Shown: piece by piece, positions 17,746-26,627 of the stretch
Layout of the letters: every line of letters begins with the position of its first letter
Numbering within the stretch: position 1 is the stretch's first letter
Assembly (NCBI GenBank): GCA_964585475.1
Contig: CAZPDF010000005.1
Location: forward strand, 3,323-67,322
Reading direction: 5' to 3'
Source: an uncultured Candidatus Saccharibacteria bacterium
GTDB taxonomy: Bacteria > Patescibacteriota > Minisyncoccia > Sungbacterales > HO2-52-23
Length of the DNA: 64,000 nucleotides
Program-made: the position numbers and the translations under genes
Notes under the pieces: model-generated
What the model was told of the DNA's origin: nothing
Databases searched by the model: none
The model's input: the letters and a program-made list of their open reading frames with translations, nothing else

Positions 17746-18971
17746 AGGGGCGTTTTTTCTTGACGAGACGGTTCCTTTATACGTTTTATAGAAGCACTTA
17801 ATATGGCATATTCTTTGGAAACGGTACGGGTATTCTCAACAATTAGCCGGGTTTCTTCCGGAATTTCTTTGAGAACACGCCGCAATTTCATCTCGTCAGC
17901 CCTCAGAATCTCCTCCCATTTTCCGATAGGGGAGAGGAGAGATTTTACTTTATCCCAGTCATAGTCATAGCGCTGGACAGTTTTTTTGGAAATCATGCCT
18001 TCCTCGCCGAAAACCCGCGTGAGCCCTTCCTTTCCCATATATTCCTTAATCTGCCCTTGAAGTTCTCCCATCCGCGCCTCATTCCGCTGTTCCGACTTTT
18101 TCAGTTCAAAATACTCTTTTATCGCGGCTTCGATCTGGTCTTTGGTTACTGTATCTTGATTATCGGTTTTTCGATAAAGATGGCGCCACGCGGGACAAAT
18201 GGGTTTAAATGCACACCAATCGCATAAAGGCCCGGGCATCGGCTCGAATTCCTTACCTTCATGGATTTTCTTCTGAATTTCAGTAATGGTTTTTAAAACA
18301 TGCTCTTTGGTTTTTTCCGTGGTTTCGGTGGTAGGCCGAGTGCTTAATTTTTCTCCGTGTTTCAAAAAATAAAGGGAGAGCTTGATGTCTTCCGGTTTCA
18401 AATGCGGCCAGCGTTTTTGCAGCCCGAGCGAATAAAGGGAAAGCTGAAGATCGCGGTTTAGCGCATCCTGCGAGGGCATGCGTTTTGAGGTTTTATAATC
18501 AATAATTTCGTACGTATCATCGGAAAGTTTGTCGATGCGATCAATTACGCCCGCCAAAATATGCGTCTCCCCGGTTTTTTCATCAGAGATTGCGACCTCA
18601 AAACGCGATTCAAGATCAACTATGGTGAAATTCCAAGGAGCGTTTCTCTCATAAAACTTTTTCAGCATCCGTACGCCTTCTTCAAAATAGGCCCTTTCTT
18701 CGGTTTCGGTCCAGGTACGTTTGAGCGGATCGTTCTTTGATTCTTGTTCGAAAACTTCGCGTGCGGGCCAATTCTCCCGAAAGTATCCGATTACTTCATC
18801 CAGAGTAGGGAAGAGGGGATCACGCTTAAACATGAATTTGAGCGTCTGGTGGATCAGAGTGCCAAAAATCGCCTCGCGTCCTTTGGGAGTGCGAATTCGA
18901 TCAATTTCCTGGAATTTATATTTTTGCGGGCACTGAAGATAGGTGCCTATTGACGAATAGGAGGTGCGCAT
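17742..18971 (-). CDS. PD-(D/E)XK nuclease family protein (RecB/AddB-nuclease/Cas4-like with C-terminal Cys cluster)
   Basis: GVIDRIDK...EIIDYKTSK matches the PD-(D/E)XK core. The C-terminal CDWCAFKPICP is a Fe-S-type Cys cluster. Confidence 0.7.
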   Translation of the reverse strand: MRTSYSSIGTYLQCPQKYKFQEIDRIRTPKGREAIFGTLIHQTLKFMFKRDPLFPTLDEVIGYFRENWPAREVFEQESKNDPLKRTWTETEERAYFEEGVRMLKKFYERNAPWNFTIVDLESRFEVAISDEKTGETHILAGVIDRIDKLSDDTYEIIDYKTSKRMPSQDALNRDLQLSLYSLGLQKRWPHLKPEDIKLSLYFLKHGEKLSTRPTTETTEKTKEHVLKTITEIQKKIHEGKEFEPMPGPLCDWCAFKPICPAWRHLYRKTDNQDTVTKDQIEAAIKEYFELKKSEQRNEARMGELQGQIKEYMGKEGLTRVFGEEGMISKKTVQRYDYDWDKVKSLLSPIGKWEEILRADEMKLRRVLKEIPEETRLIVENTRTVSKEYAILSASIKRIKEPSRQEKTPL

Positions 18972-19025
18972 GATACTACTTACTTTAGCTTAGCAAAAAT
19001 TCTTTCACAAGATGGAGGAGGATGC

Positions 19026-19691
19026 GTGAGGGAAGCAGAGAGGAGAAGTAGCTCTTTATATATAATCTGTGAAGCAAAAGATACGGGTCGGCCGCTTTCT
19101 GTTATTGGACTTACCCCAGATGCATTTCCGCAGGACTATTCCGCTATAGACAGGGCAGTTGCTTTAGAAAATTTTTGCGCCGGTGCCGAGCACCCGCAAA
19201 AGGTTTTGACCCATACGAATACAGTGCCTTATGCCATCCGCGATGAGGGGATAGAGAAGGTGTATGTTAATTCTTTGCGGGCTTTTGCAAAGTTAATCAA
19301 GCAGTTCTCTGCCGAAGGATGGGTTTTTCAAAAAGGCCGTAATGAGTCTCGGCAATGGAAAGATCAATTAGGAATTAATAGAGATTGGGGCGAGAGACTC
19401 GGTTTTTGGGATAGTTTCAGCGATAAGGTCGTTGGCATCGTGGAGAGGCATCCAGCCGCCGTAGCTATAGTAGCCATCCCGGTAGCGTTAATGCTGGGCA
19501 TTATTGCTCTGGGGGTCGTTGTGGCCTTTGGCGTGATTGCCTTTATAGCCACCGTCGCTTTAATTGCAGTCGTTCTTGCAGGGATCGTAGCCCTTTTTCT
19601 TGCAGTCATGGTTTTGGAAAGCGCGAGCGTGGTAAGAGTGTCCTGGAAGAAATTACTGCGGGGGGCTAGAGGCAAATGGTCAACATTATAG
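19026..19691 (+). CDS. hypothetical protein with C-terminal hydrophobic (Ala/Val/Ile-rich) membrane region
   Basis: 221 aa with a long C-terminal hydrophobic stretch. Confidence 0.35.
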   Translation: MREAERRSSSLYIICEAKDTGRPLSVIGLTPDAFPQDYSAIDRAVALENFCAGAEHPQKVLTHTNTVPYAIRDEGIEKVYVNSLRAFAKLIKQFSAEGWVFQKGRNESRQWKDQLGINRDWGERLGFWDSFSDKVVGIVERHPAAVAIVAIPVALMLGIIALGVVVAFGVIAFIATVALIAVVLAGIVALFLAVMVLESASVVRVSWKKLLRGARGKWSTL

Positions 19692-19891
19692 TTAGATACT
19701 GTTTTAACCCGGAATGCCGGAGACCCATAACCGAGTGTAACGGCTTTGTGATCGCTCGCGATTTTCTTGCATTTTGGGAGGGTAGGCTTCCGGCCGAGAA
19801 AGTACGGGAACTTTGCGGCATGTGCCGCGAAAGGTTATACGGAAAAAATGAGGAGTTCCTCGCGCTTATTGAGGCGACTCAACCTAAATAG
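19676..19891 (+). CDS. hypothetical small zinc-ribbon-like protein
   Basis: CFNPEC...CNG...CGMC Cys pairs in 71 aa. Confidence 0.25.
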   Translation: MVNIIVRYCFNPECRRPITECNGFVIARDFLAFWEGRLPAEKVRELCGMCRERLYGKNEEFLALIEATQPK

Positions 19892-20325
19892 GGACTTTTA
19901 GGTAGAGGCGTCCTTGACATAAAAAGCCTGTTTTGATAGATTTAGCCAGGATCATTATGATGAAAACTGATCAGGAGGCATGAAATGTCGTGGGAAGAGG
20001 AGATGGAGCACGGCCGGGCTTTGCAGGAACGGCTTAAGGGCCTAAGGTTTTGCGATCTCAATCCAACATTCGAAGAGTTGCGCTCGATCATAGACGTAAT
20101 GAATGTGGGATACGGGCATGGAGCAAATCGATATGCCAATGGTGTGGTTGAGAAAATTCTTGCCAAATATGACAGCCGCCAGACAATGTCGCAAGCCCGC
20201 GGATGAATGTGGAGTAGATCACCGCAACAAGCACGTTGCGGTTTTTTAATGGGGGAGGTGTGGATAAGCCGATCTTGCTTTATATGCTGTACTTCGTATA
20301 ATGTACGTAAATCCACCTAACCAAT

Positions 20326-21327
20326 ATGATAAAACCCGTCCTTCAATATCTAACCGATTTTCTTACCTTCTGCGAGGTTGAGAAAGGACTTACTCCGACC
20401 ACGGTCAAAAACTATGCCCGTTTCTTAAATAAATTTTTTATCTGGCTTGAGAAGAATAACTTGAGCAATCTTACTCCTGATAAACTTTCCGAGGATATAA
20501 TTTGGAAATATAGAGTTTGGCTTTCCCGCTTGCCCAACATGGTGCGCCATGCCTCCCGCGGGCTTAGTCCGTCCACCCAGTCGCGCTATCTAATTGCGCT
20601 ACGCGCCCTCCTGGCCTATTTCCACGAAAAAGATATACCATCTCTGCCTACCGAGAAGATCAAGCTGCCGAAAGACCGCGAACGGCAAGTCAAATTCTTG
20701 GATTTAGAACAAGTTGAAAAATTGCTTGTTTCACCCAATACCTCCACCCTTACCGGCATGCGGGACCGGGCGATACTTGAAACCTTGTTTAGTACCGGGG
20801 TTCGCGTATCTGAACTTATCTCCCTTGACCGGAAACATCTGGTTGGCTCCAAGGGCAAAAAAGATTTTGAAATGAGTGTGGTTGGCAAGGGCGGGTATAT
20901 CCGGACGATTTATTTTTCCGAAAGGGCCATCTTTTGGATACAAAAATACCTTGCGGCACGCAAGGATGAGGAGCAGGCTCTATTTATAAGAATTAGGGGC
21001 CCTAAAAATGCCTCCCCCACCAGATTAACGCCTCGGGGTATAGAGCTTATCGTAGAAAAATATGCCAAGTTGGCCGGCCTTTCCATTCTGGCTACGCCGC
21101 ATACACTGCGTCATAGTTTTGCCACGGATCTCTTGAATCAGGGAGTTGATTTGCGAACCGTGCAGGAATTCTTGGGGCACCGCAATATCGCAACTACTCA
21201 AGTGTATACGCATGTGACAAGTAGACGCCTTCGCGAAGTCCATCGCAAATATCACGGCGGGAAAATGCTTCATCCCGTTAGAGAAAAACACCGCAAACCA
21301 TTTTTGGTTTCAAATAATTTGATATAA
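20326..21327 (+). CDS. tyrosine-type site-specific recombinase (XerC/XerD/integrase family)
   Basis: N-terminal SAM-like domain. The catalytic R...HTLRHSFAT...GHRNIATTQVYTHV with Tyr is present. The C-terminal extension and stop are supplied by an IR element. Confidence 0.85.
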   Translation: MIKPVLQYLTDFLTFCEVEKGLTPTTVKNYARFLNKFFIWLEKNNLSNLTPDKLSEDIIWKYRVWLSRLPNMVRHASRGLSPSTQSRYLIALRALLAYFHEKDIPSLPTEKIKLPKDRERQVKFLDLEQVEKLLVSPNTSTLTGMRDRAILETLFSTGVRVSELISLDRKHLVGSKGKKDFEMSVVGKGGYIRTIYFSERAIFWIQKYLAARKDEEQALFIRIRGPKNASPTRLTPRGIELIVEKYAKLAGLSILATPHTLRHSFATDLLNQGVDLRTVQEFLGHRNIATTQVYTHVTSRRLREVHRKYHGGKMLHPVREKHRKPFLVSNNLI

Positions 21328-21375
21328 AACATCCCTTTAATCCTAAATTTGATTTGTCTGTTTTTCTCTAACGGG
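21274..21375. repeat. ~100-bp element with perfect 15-bp terminal IR cccgttagagaaaaa / tttttctctaacggg overlapping recombinase 3' end
   Basis: Seen directly. Arm 1 encodes the last residues and stop of the recombinase. Confidence 0.75.
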
Positions 21376-21392
21376 ATTCATAGCTGATTCCC

Positions 21393-21791
21393 CTACTGCG
21401 TGCCCAGGGCCTTGGATAATGATTCGATCAAGGAGATAATGAATTGGAAAAATATCTTGAGGATTTTAGCGAGCCATCCAAAGAATTTGGCAAAATCTAT
21501 TCCTACCTCTTCTTGAATTTCTTTATTGATCTCAGCTAATTTTGGAGAAGCACTTTTTAGGGCTTCTTGCGGAATTGGAATATTAAGGTTTTCTTGTCCG
21601 GAAACCGGGATAGTGATATTTTGTTTAAGCGTATCAAACCACCTATCCGGATTGATTATTTCTCCAATGACAGTCGCGCTAAAGCCGTCCCCTTTCACAT
21701 AAAAAGCATTTACACTCAAAGGTAGAAGCAGTATTGCCGCTGCCAACCATTTTATAGATACTAGCAAATGTCTAGTGTAAAAAATATGCAT
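21393..21791 (-). CDS. hypothetical secreted protein
   Basis: 132 aa with a signal-peptide-like N-terminus. Confidence 0.35.
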   Translation of the reverse strand: MHIFYTRHLLVSIKWLAAAILLLPLSVNAFYVKGDGFSATVIGEIINPDRWFDTLKQNITIPVSGQENLNIPIPQEALKSASPKLAEINKEIQEEVGIDFAKFFGWLAKILKIFFQFIISLIESLSKALGTQ

Positions 21792-21841
21792 ATGTACGGC
21801 GTTTATATGATAATTATATTATACCATATTGCCGTCAATAT

Positions 21842-23170
21842 TTAAAGATAATCCAGCGGATTTAAATAACCGTTAATCGGGGAAATAGGAACGGTCATAA
21901 TTGTGCCGCAGGTACGCGAGCGGATTTTTTCAATCCGAACCGCCTGGCTTGCGAATACTGTAAAGTGTAAATGCGGACCCGTTGCGTAGCCGCTTGCGCC
22001 GGAAAGGCCAATTGGCCCTCCCCTACTCACTTCTTGTCCCGAGCGAACGCTGATACCCGCAAGGTGTGCATACAATGTTGATAGATTATTTCCATGCCGG
22101 ATAAGAATCCATTTGCCGTAGGATGCTCTCCTGCAGGCAAGATCAGTATCCCCGACTGTTTCCACCGTTCCGTTGGATGCGGCAAAAACCGGCGTACCTT
22201 GCACAGCGCGAAAGTCAACTCCATTGTGTCCTTTGCCAGAATACCCCCCGACTGCGGCAAATGACGTATAGCCGAAGTATTGAGTGATACAATTTTTAAG
22301 ATCGCCTCCCTTGCTCCAACAGGAAGCAAGGGAGATATCCGGAAGCGGCCACCCCAAAACCCCTGTGCCCGTTGGAGGCAAGGATGCCGGATCAATGGTA
22401 ATGCGCATTTTTTCTTCAATTTCCCGGATTTCTTCTTCCAGCGCATTTCTCTTTTTCTCCCGATCGCGCAGGATCTCTTGGTATTTTTTCTCCTGACTTT
22501 GGGTGGCGCGAAGAAGATCGGATCTATCCTTTTTAGTGTTTTCCTGCAGGGTCCTTCGCGTACGCAATGAGTCCTCTAAATTTTCTAGTTCATCCTTTTT
22601 ATCTTCCGCCTCGGCTTTTTTAATCTGTAACTCATTCCGTAGAGTGCGCAGGGTATCGAGCGATCCAAGGATCTTTTTTTTGAGGAGCGCTGCATAATCA
22701 ATTTGCTGGAAGAAATCGGAAAGGAAACGGTTTTTGAGTAAGATTTCAAGGAGCGATTGCTGCTCGCTTTCCACGAACGATTGCATAAGATTGGCAAGTC
22801 CGAGGCGCAATCTTTGGATGGCAATTTCTTTTTCTCTGATTTCAAGGTCCAGGGTTTCAATTTCAAGTTCTGACTTTTGAATTTTCCGCTCGGTAAGGGA
22901 AATGTCTCTTTTTAGTTGCGCAATGGTGCGATCCACCCGGGCTAGCTCCTCTTTCAGGGTTTTCCCCATTTGTTGTTTCTCCGCAATTTCATCCCGGTAT
23001 TTTTTTGCTTCCTCCTCGAGTTTTTTGATCTCCTCGTTTTTAGCCGTAACCGATGTCCGCAGTTCTTCAAGCGTTGCCGCTTTACTGTATGCGGCCAAAA
23101 ACAACAAAGCGATGAGAAATATCGCTAAGGTAAGACATATTTTAGCAGTTCCATATCTCATCTTTTGCAT
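21842..23170 (-). CDS. M23 family metallopeptidase with N-terminal coiled-coil (EnvC-like)
   Basis: TM, a long coiled-coil, and a C-terminal LytM domain (GKGHNGVDFRA, LIRHGNNLSTLYAHL). Confidence 0.85.
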   Translation of the reverse strand: MQKMRYGTAKICLTLAIFLIALLFLAAYSKAATLEELRTSVTAKNEEIKKLEEEAKKYRDEIAEKQQMGKTLKEELARVDRTIAQLKRDISLTERKIQKSELEIETLDLEIREKEIAIQRLRLGLANLMQSFVESEQQSLLEILLKNRFLSDFFQQIDYAALLKKKILGSLDTLRTLRNELQIKKAEAEDKKDELENLEDSLRTRRTLQENTKKDRSDLLRATQSQEKKYQEILRDREKKRNALEEEIREIEEKMRITIDPASLPPTGTGVLGWPLPDISLASCWSKGGDLKNCITQYFGYTSFAAVGGYSGKGHNGVDFRAVQGTPVFAASNGTVETVGDTDLACRRASYGKWILIRHGNNLSTLYAHLAGISVRSGQEVSRGGPIGLSGASGYATGPHLHFTVFASQAVRIEKIRSRTCGTIMTVPISPINGYLNPLDYL

Positions 23171-23232
23171 TCATCATATCATTCTCTTGACAGCTTTTGA
23201 AATGTCCCGTTAAATGGGGTTAGTACCCGAAA

Positions 23233-23520
23233 ATGAGCGAGGAAACACTTATGGCAGGCGAACATACCGTAACAGTAACTCTACAAAAACCTCTCAAACA
23301 AGTCATTGAAGAAATTATTGCCGAAGATAAAAAATTCGGACGTTCTTATGATGAACTCTGGGCGGAGCTACGAAAACGTCTACCCTTGGCCGAATGGCCG
23401 ATTGGCCTAGTTCTTTCAGAGATTATCGAAGAACTTATCACTGATCGTAAGATAAAATTGTGGTTTGTCCAAGCCAAAGAAAATATAAACGTTACTATTG
23501 TTCGGTTTCTATTACGCTAA
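23233..23520 (+). CDS. hypothetical protein
   Basis: 95-aa ORF followed by a clear terminator. Confidence 0.35.
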   Translation: MSEETLMAGEHTVTVTLQKPLKQVIEEIIAEDKKFGRSYDELWAELRKRLPLAEWPIGLVLSEIIEELITDRKIKLWFVQAKENINVTIVRFLLR

Positions 23521-23526
23521 AATTAA

Positions 23527-23552
23527 TACGAGGCCTATCCTCGTATTTTTTA
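23527..23552 (+). terminator. rho-independent terminator
   Basis: The sequence is tacgagg cctat cctcgta tttttt. Confidence 0.6.
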
Positions 23553-23563
23553 TTTATGCAGAT

Positions 23564-23599
23564 TCACTAAAGTTTTGACGATCGTCAAAACTTTAGTGA
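23564..23599. repeat. perfect 36-bp palindrome tcactaaagttttgacga|tcgtcaaaactttagtga
   Basis: Seen directly between the terminator and the gltX 3' end. Confidence 0.8.
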
Positions 23600-23641
23600 C
23601 ATTGATATGCCAAAAACATTAGGACCGGGGTGTTCATGTTA

Positions 23642-25108
23642 TCATGTCTTATAAAAGTTTTTCGCTTTTGCTAGACGTTTCAGCGTTTCCTCGACTCCCA
23701 AAACCTCCATTATCTCAAACGGCCCCGGAGACGTTTTTTTGCCGGTGAGGGCAACGCGGAGAGGCCAGAGGATTTGTCCCCTATCCCCGCCTTCGCCCTT
23801 CAGGCTACGGCGGGCAAGCCCTCCCCCGATTTCTTCAAAGAAAGTTTTTTCAAGATTCACCTTATTGAAGTCCGACTTGGGTATGGCCGCTATGATCTGT
23901 AGAGATTTATCAAGCGAGGCACCAATTTCTTCATCCGTCATATTTTTCCAGCGCAAAAGTTCCTTATCATATTCGGGGGTTTTGAAAAAATAATCGGTCT
24001 TCGCTTCGAGTTCGGATAGTTTTTTCAACCGCGGCTGCTCAAGGGCTAGTATCTTTAAAACATAGCCCTGGGGCTTCTTGGCCGCCGGGAGAAAAGGGTG
24101 CGCCCATTTTAAGAGTTCCTCGGTGGATAAACTTCTAATGTATTCTGAATTCATCCAGTCGAGTTTCTGTACATCGAATATCGCGCCGGATTTCTGTACT
24201 CTACCCAGGGAAAATTTTCTAGTTAGCTCCTCTTTGGTGAAAATTTCACGATCATCTCCCGAGTTCCAGCCAAGAAGAACCATAAAATTTAAGAGCGCCT
24301 CTGGAAGATATCCCGCCTCCCGATATTCAATAAGGGAGGTTGCGCCGTGGCGTTTGGAGAGTTTGGAGCGGTCCGGGCCGAGGATTAAGGGAAGATGCGC
24401 ATACTGCGGCATTCTGAAGCCAAGCGTCTCGATAAGTAGCATCTGCTTAGGAGTGTTTGAAATATGATCTTCGCCGCGGATCACGTGCGAAATTTGCATT
24501 TCTTCATCGTCCACCACTACAGCAAAATTATAAAGAGGAACATCCGTGCGCTTAGCAATAGAAAAATCACCCAAAAGGTCTGATTCAAAACTAACCTCTC
24601 CGCGGACAAGGTCTTGAAATACGATTTTTCGTCCGGCAGGAGTTTTGAAACGGATAATATAATCCTCCTTGGCTTTAGTAAGAATTTCTGCTTCTTTCGG
24701 GTCGAGAGTTCTGTATTCACAAAGATGCAGGGGCGGTTTTTTGGCTTCGAGCAGTTTTGCTTTTTCCTCCTCAAGTTCTTTTTCTGAATGAAAACAAAAA
24801 AACGCCTTTCCTTCTTTACGGAGTTTCTCGCAATATTTTTTATAAGTTTCTATCCGCTCGCTTTGGCGGTACGGCCCGTATGGGCCGCCCTTTTCTGGAC
24901 TTTCGTCGGCCTCTATTCCTAGCCATTTAAGGCCTTCAAAAATATCCTTCTCGTATTTTTTATCCGAGCGCTCAAGATCGGTATCCTCAATACGCAACAC
25001 AAAAACGCCGCCATGTTTTTTGGCAAATAAATAATTAAATAATGCAGTCCTTGCAGTACCAACATGTAATGGGCCAGTTGGGCTTGGGGCAATACGTACT
25101 CTAATCAT
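23642..25108 (-). CDS. gltX: glutamyl-tRNA synthetase
   Basis: MIRVRIAPSPTGPLHVGTARTALFNY (HIGH) and KLSKRHG (KMSKS-type) motifs. The start is reassigned to the internal Met at 25108. Confidence 0.9.
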   Translation of the reverse strand: MIRVRIAPSPTGPLHVGTARTALFNYLFAKKHGGVFVLRIEDTDLERSDKKYEKDIFEGLKWLGIEADESPEKGGPYGPYRQSERIETYKKYCEKLRKEGKAFFCFHSEKELEEEKAKLLEAKKPPLHLCEYRTLDPKEAEILTKAKEDYIIRFKTPAGRKIVFQDLVRGEVSFESDLLGDFSIAKRTDVPLYNFAVVVDDEEMQISHVIRGEDHISNTPKQMLLIETLGFRMPQYAHLPLILGPDRSKLSKRHGATSLIEYREAGYLPEALLNFMVLLGWNSGDDREIFTKEELTRKFSLGRVQKSGAIFDVQKLDWMNSEYIRSLSTEELLKWAHPFLPAAKKPQGYVLKILALEQPRLKKLSELEAKTDYFFKTPEYDKELLRWKNMTDEEIGASLDKSLQIIAAIPKSDFNKVNLEKTFFEEIGGGLARRSLKGEGGDRGQILWPLRVALTGKKTSPGPFEIMEVLGVEETLKRLAKAKNFYKT

Positions 25109-25308
25109 GGGGAAAGAGCGGCCCGCCCCGTTAGATATTTGGTAAAACCAAAATCTAACGGGGTAAATGCAGTACCGATGTGCAGTGGGCCGGTTGGACT
25201 TGGAGCAATACGGCAACGAATGGTTGTGATTTCCTTCATGTCTTGAGCCTGATGAACAATAAGATTTCCGCGCATATCAGCGTTAAGCGGCATGGCAGGG
25301 AATAGCAA
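25105..25308 (-). other. upstream leader ORF duplicating the GltX N-terminus (..IRCRIAPSPTGPLHIGTA..), stop overlapping gltX ATG
   Basis: Tandem duplication of the gltX 5' end (25169-25239 against 25054-25108), separated by a ccccgttagat...atctaacgggg hairpin (25126-25163). The TGA stop overlaps the gltX ATG as ATGA. Confidence 0.5.
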
Positions 25309-25382
25309 TTAAGATCAAAGTTTGTGCCGCTTAGGTCCGCGTCAGATCCGCGGAGATGACTGTATGGATAGTATTCAGCATG

Positions 25383-26510
25383 TTATATCCTTTGGTGCTG
25401 GCCTAGCTTCAGGAGCTCTTTAGCAAGTATTTCTGCGGAGTCGACGCGGGCAAATCTCTGGGCGGTTTCGCGCATCTCCTGCATTTTTGGGGGGTTGGCA
25501 ATAAGTTTTCTTATTTCGGCCAGCAAGACATGCGGGGTCAAATTTTCCTCCTCAATTACCACCGTAGCGCCGGTGGCCGCATATTCGTACGCGTTCTTTC
25601 TTTGATGATCTTGGGCGGCGTTATGAAGCGGTATAAGTATGGAGGGTTTGCTCCAGGCGGCAATTTCATAAATTGAGGTTGCGCTTGCGCGGGAAACAAC
25701 TATCTCTGATAAGAGATAAAAAGCACGCAGTTCCCGCTCGTCAAGAAATCCAAAAGGATGATAGCGTTCTTTATGTGCAAATTCCAATACGACCCCCGCC
25801 TCCCCCTTGTTGTCTTCAAAGTTTTTCGTGCCGGTCTGGTGCAATACTTCAAATTCTTCGGTTAATTCCTTCAATATCGGTATGATAGCTTCGTTAATTT
25901 TTTCCGCGCCTTGCGAAGCGCCGATAAACCCAATGATCGGCAGACCGGATGATATATCAAGTTCGTTCCTGGCCTGTTCGCGGTTACCTCCAAGGATCCG
26001 TTTGCGGATTGGTATCCCCACCAGGGCGGTTTTGGATGCAGGAAAATATGAAAATGCTCCGGGGAATGCGACGCCGATGCGTTTGGCAAAATGGCCCGAA
26101 TAAAGACTAACTTTCCCAGGCACTGCATCCGAATCGTGGATTATGAGCGGGATCCGGAGAAGGCGCGCGGCAATGAGCGCCGGAAGCGCGCCGTAACCCC
26201 CTTTTGAAAAAACCGCATCGGGCATGATTAGGAACATGTTCCAAATCGCCCGGCAAGCAGCTAATGCGGTTTTGAATATATCCAGAAAATTCTGGAGCGA
26301 AAAGTAGCGGCGCATTTTACCGGAGTCCAGGGGTATAATGATTATTTGTTCCTCCTCGAGATCTGCTTTGGCAAAATCCGTCGGCCCCATGAAATATATT
26401 TCAAGATCCAAAATCCGCTCCTCCTCCGCGACTCGCTTGAGCTCGCGAATTATGGCCAGGATCGGAAAGATATGCCCTCCGGTGCCGCCGCCGGTGAATA
26501 GTATGCGCAT
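25383..26510 (-). CDS. murG: undecaprenyldiphospho-muramoylpentapeptide beta-N-acetylglucosaminyltransferase
   Basis: MRILFTGGGTGGHIFP N-terminus and a GT28 C-terminal domain. Confidence 0.9.
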   Translation of the reverse strand: MRILFTGGGTGGHIFPILAIIRELKRVAEEERILDLEIYFMGPTDFAKADLEEEQIIIIPLDSGKMRRYFSLQNFLDIFKTALAACRAIWNMFLIMPDAVFSKGGYGALPALIAARLLRIPLIIHDSDAVPGKVSLYSGHFAKRIGVAFPGAFSYFPASKTALVGIPIRKRILGGNREQARNELDISSGLPIIGFIGASQGAEKINEAIIPILKELTEEFEVLHQTGTKNFEDNKGEAGVVLEFAHKERYHPFGFLDERELRAFYLLSEIVVSRASATSIYEIAAWSKPSILIPLHNAAQDHQRKNAYEYAATGATVVIEEENLTPHVLLAEIRKLIANPPKMQEMRETAQRFARVDSAEILAKELLKLGQHQRI

Positions 26511-26530
26511 TTTTCTTCTCAGCGCACAAT

Positions 26531-26627
26531 TTCAGCGTAGTAATCAGCGTCTTATCAGCGGTTTCCAAGGTTAGTCCGCTGATTTAACGCTGATCCGGCA
26601 CGCTGATCGAGCGCTGAATAATCAGGT
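26531..26627. promoter_or_regulatory. array of heptamer CGCTGAT (x4 direct, ~11-bp period) and inverted ATCAGCG (x2-3) between murG and ftsW
   Basis: Direct copies at 26577, 26588, 26601 and 26612. Inverted copies at 26543 and 26554. The helical-turn spacing suggests a regulator binding array. Confidence 0.4.

Noticed and set aside
25040-25260. T-box riboswitch leader for gltX
   Set aside because: No T-box consensus (AATTAGGGTGGNACCGCG-like) or specifier-loop architecture was seen. The hairpin is a simple IR of the CCCCGTTA family.
25105-25308. Independent second glutamyl-tRNA synthetase fragment gene
   Set aside because: Only about 25 residues match the GltX N-terminus. The DNA is a tandem duplication of the gltX 5' end. 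It was interpreted as a leader uORF or duplication scar, not a paralogue or pseudogene of a separate gene.
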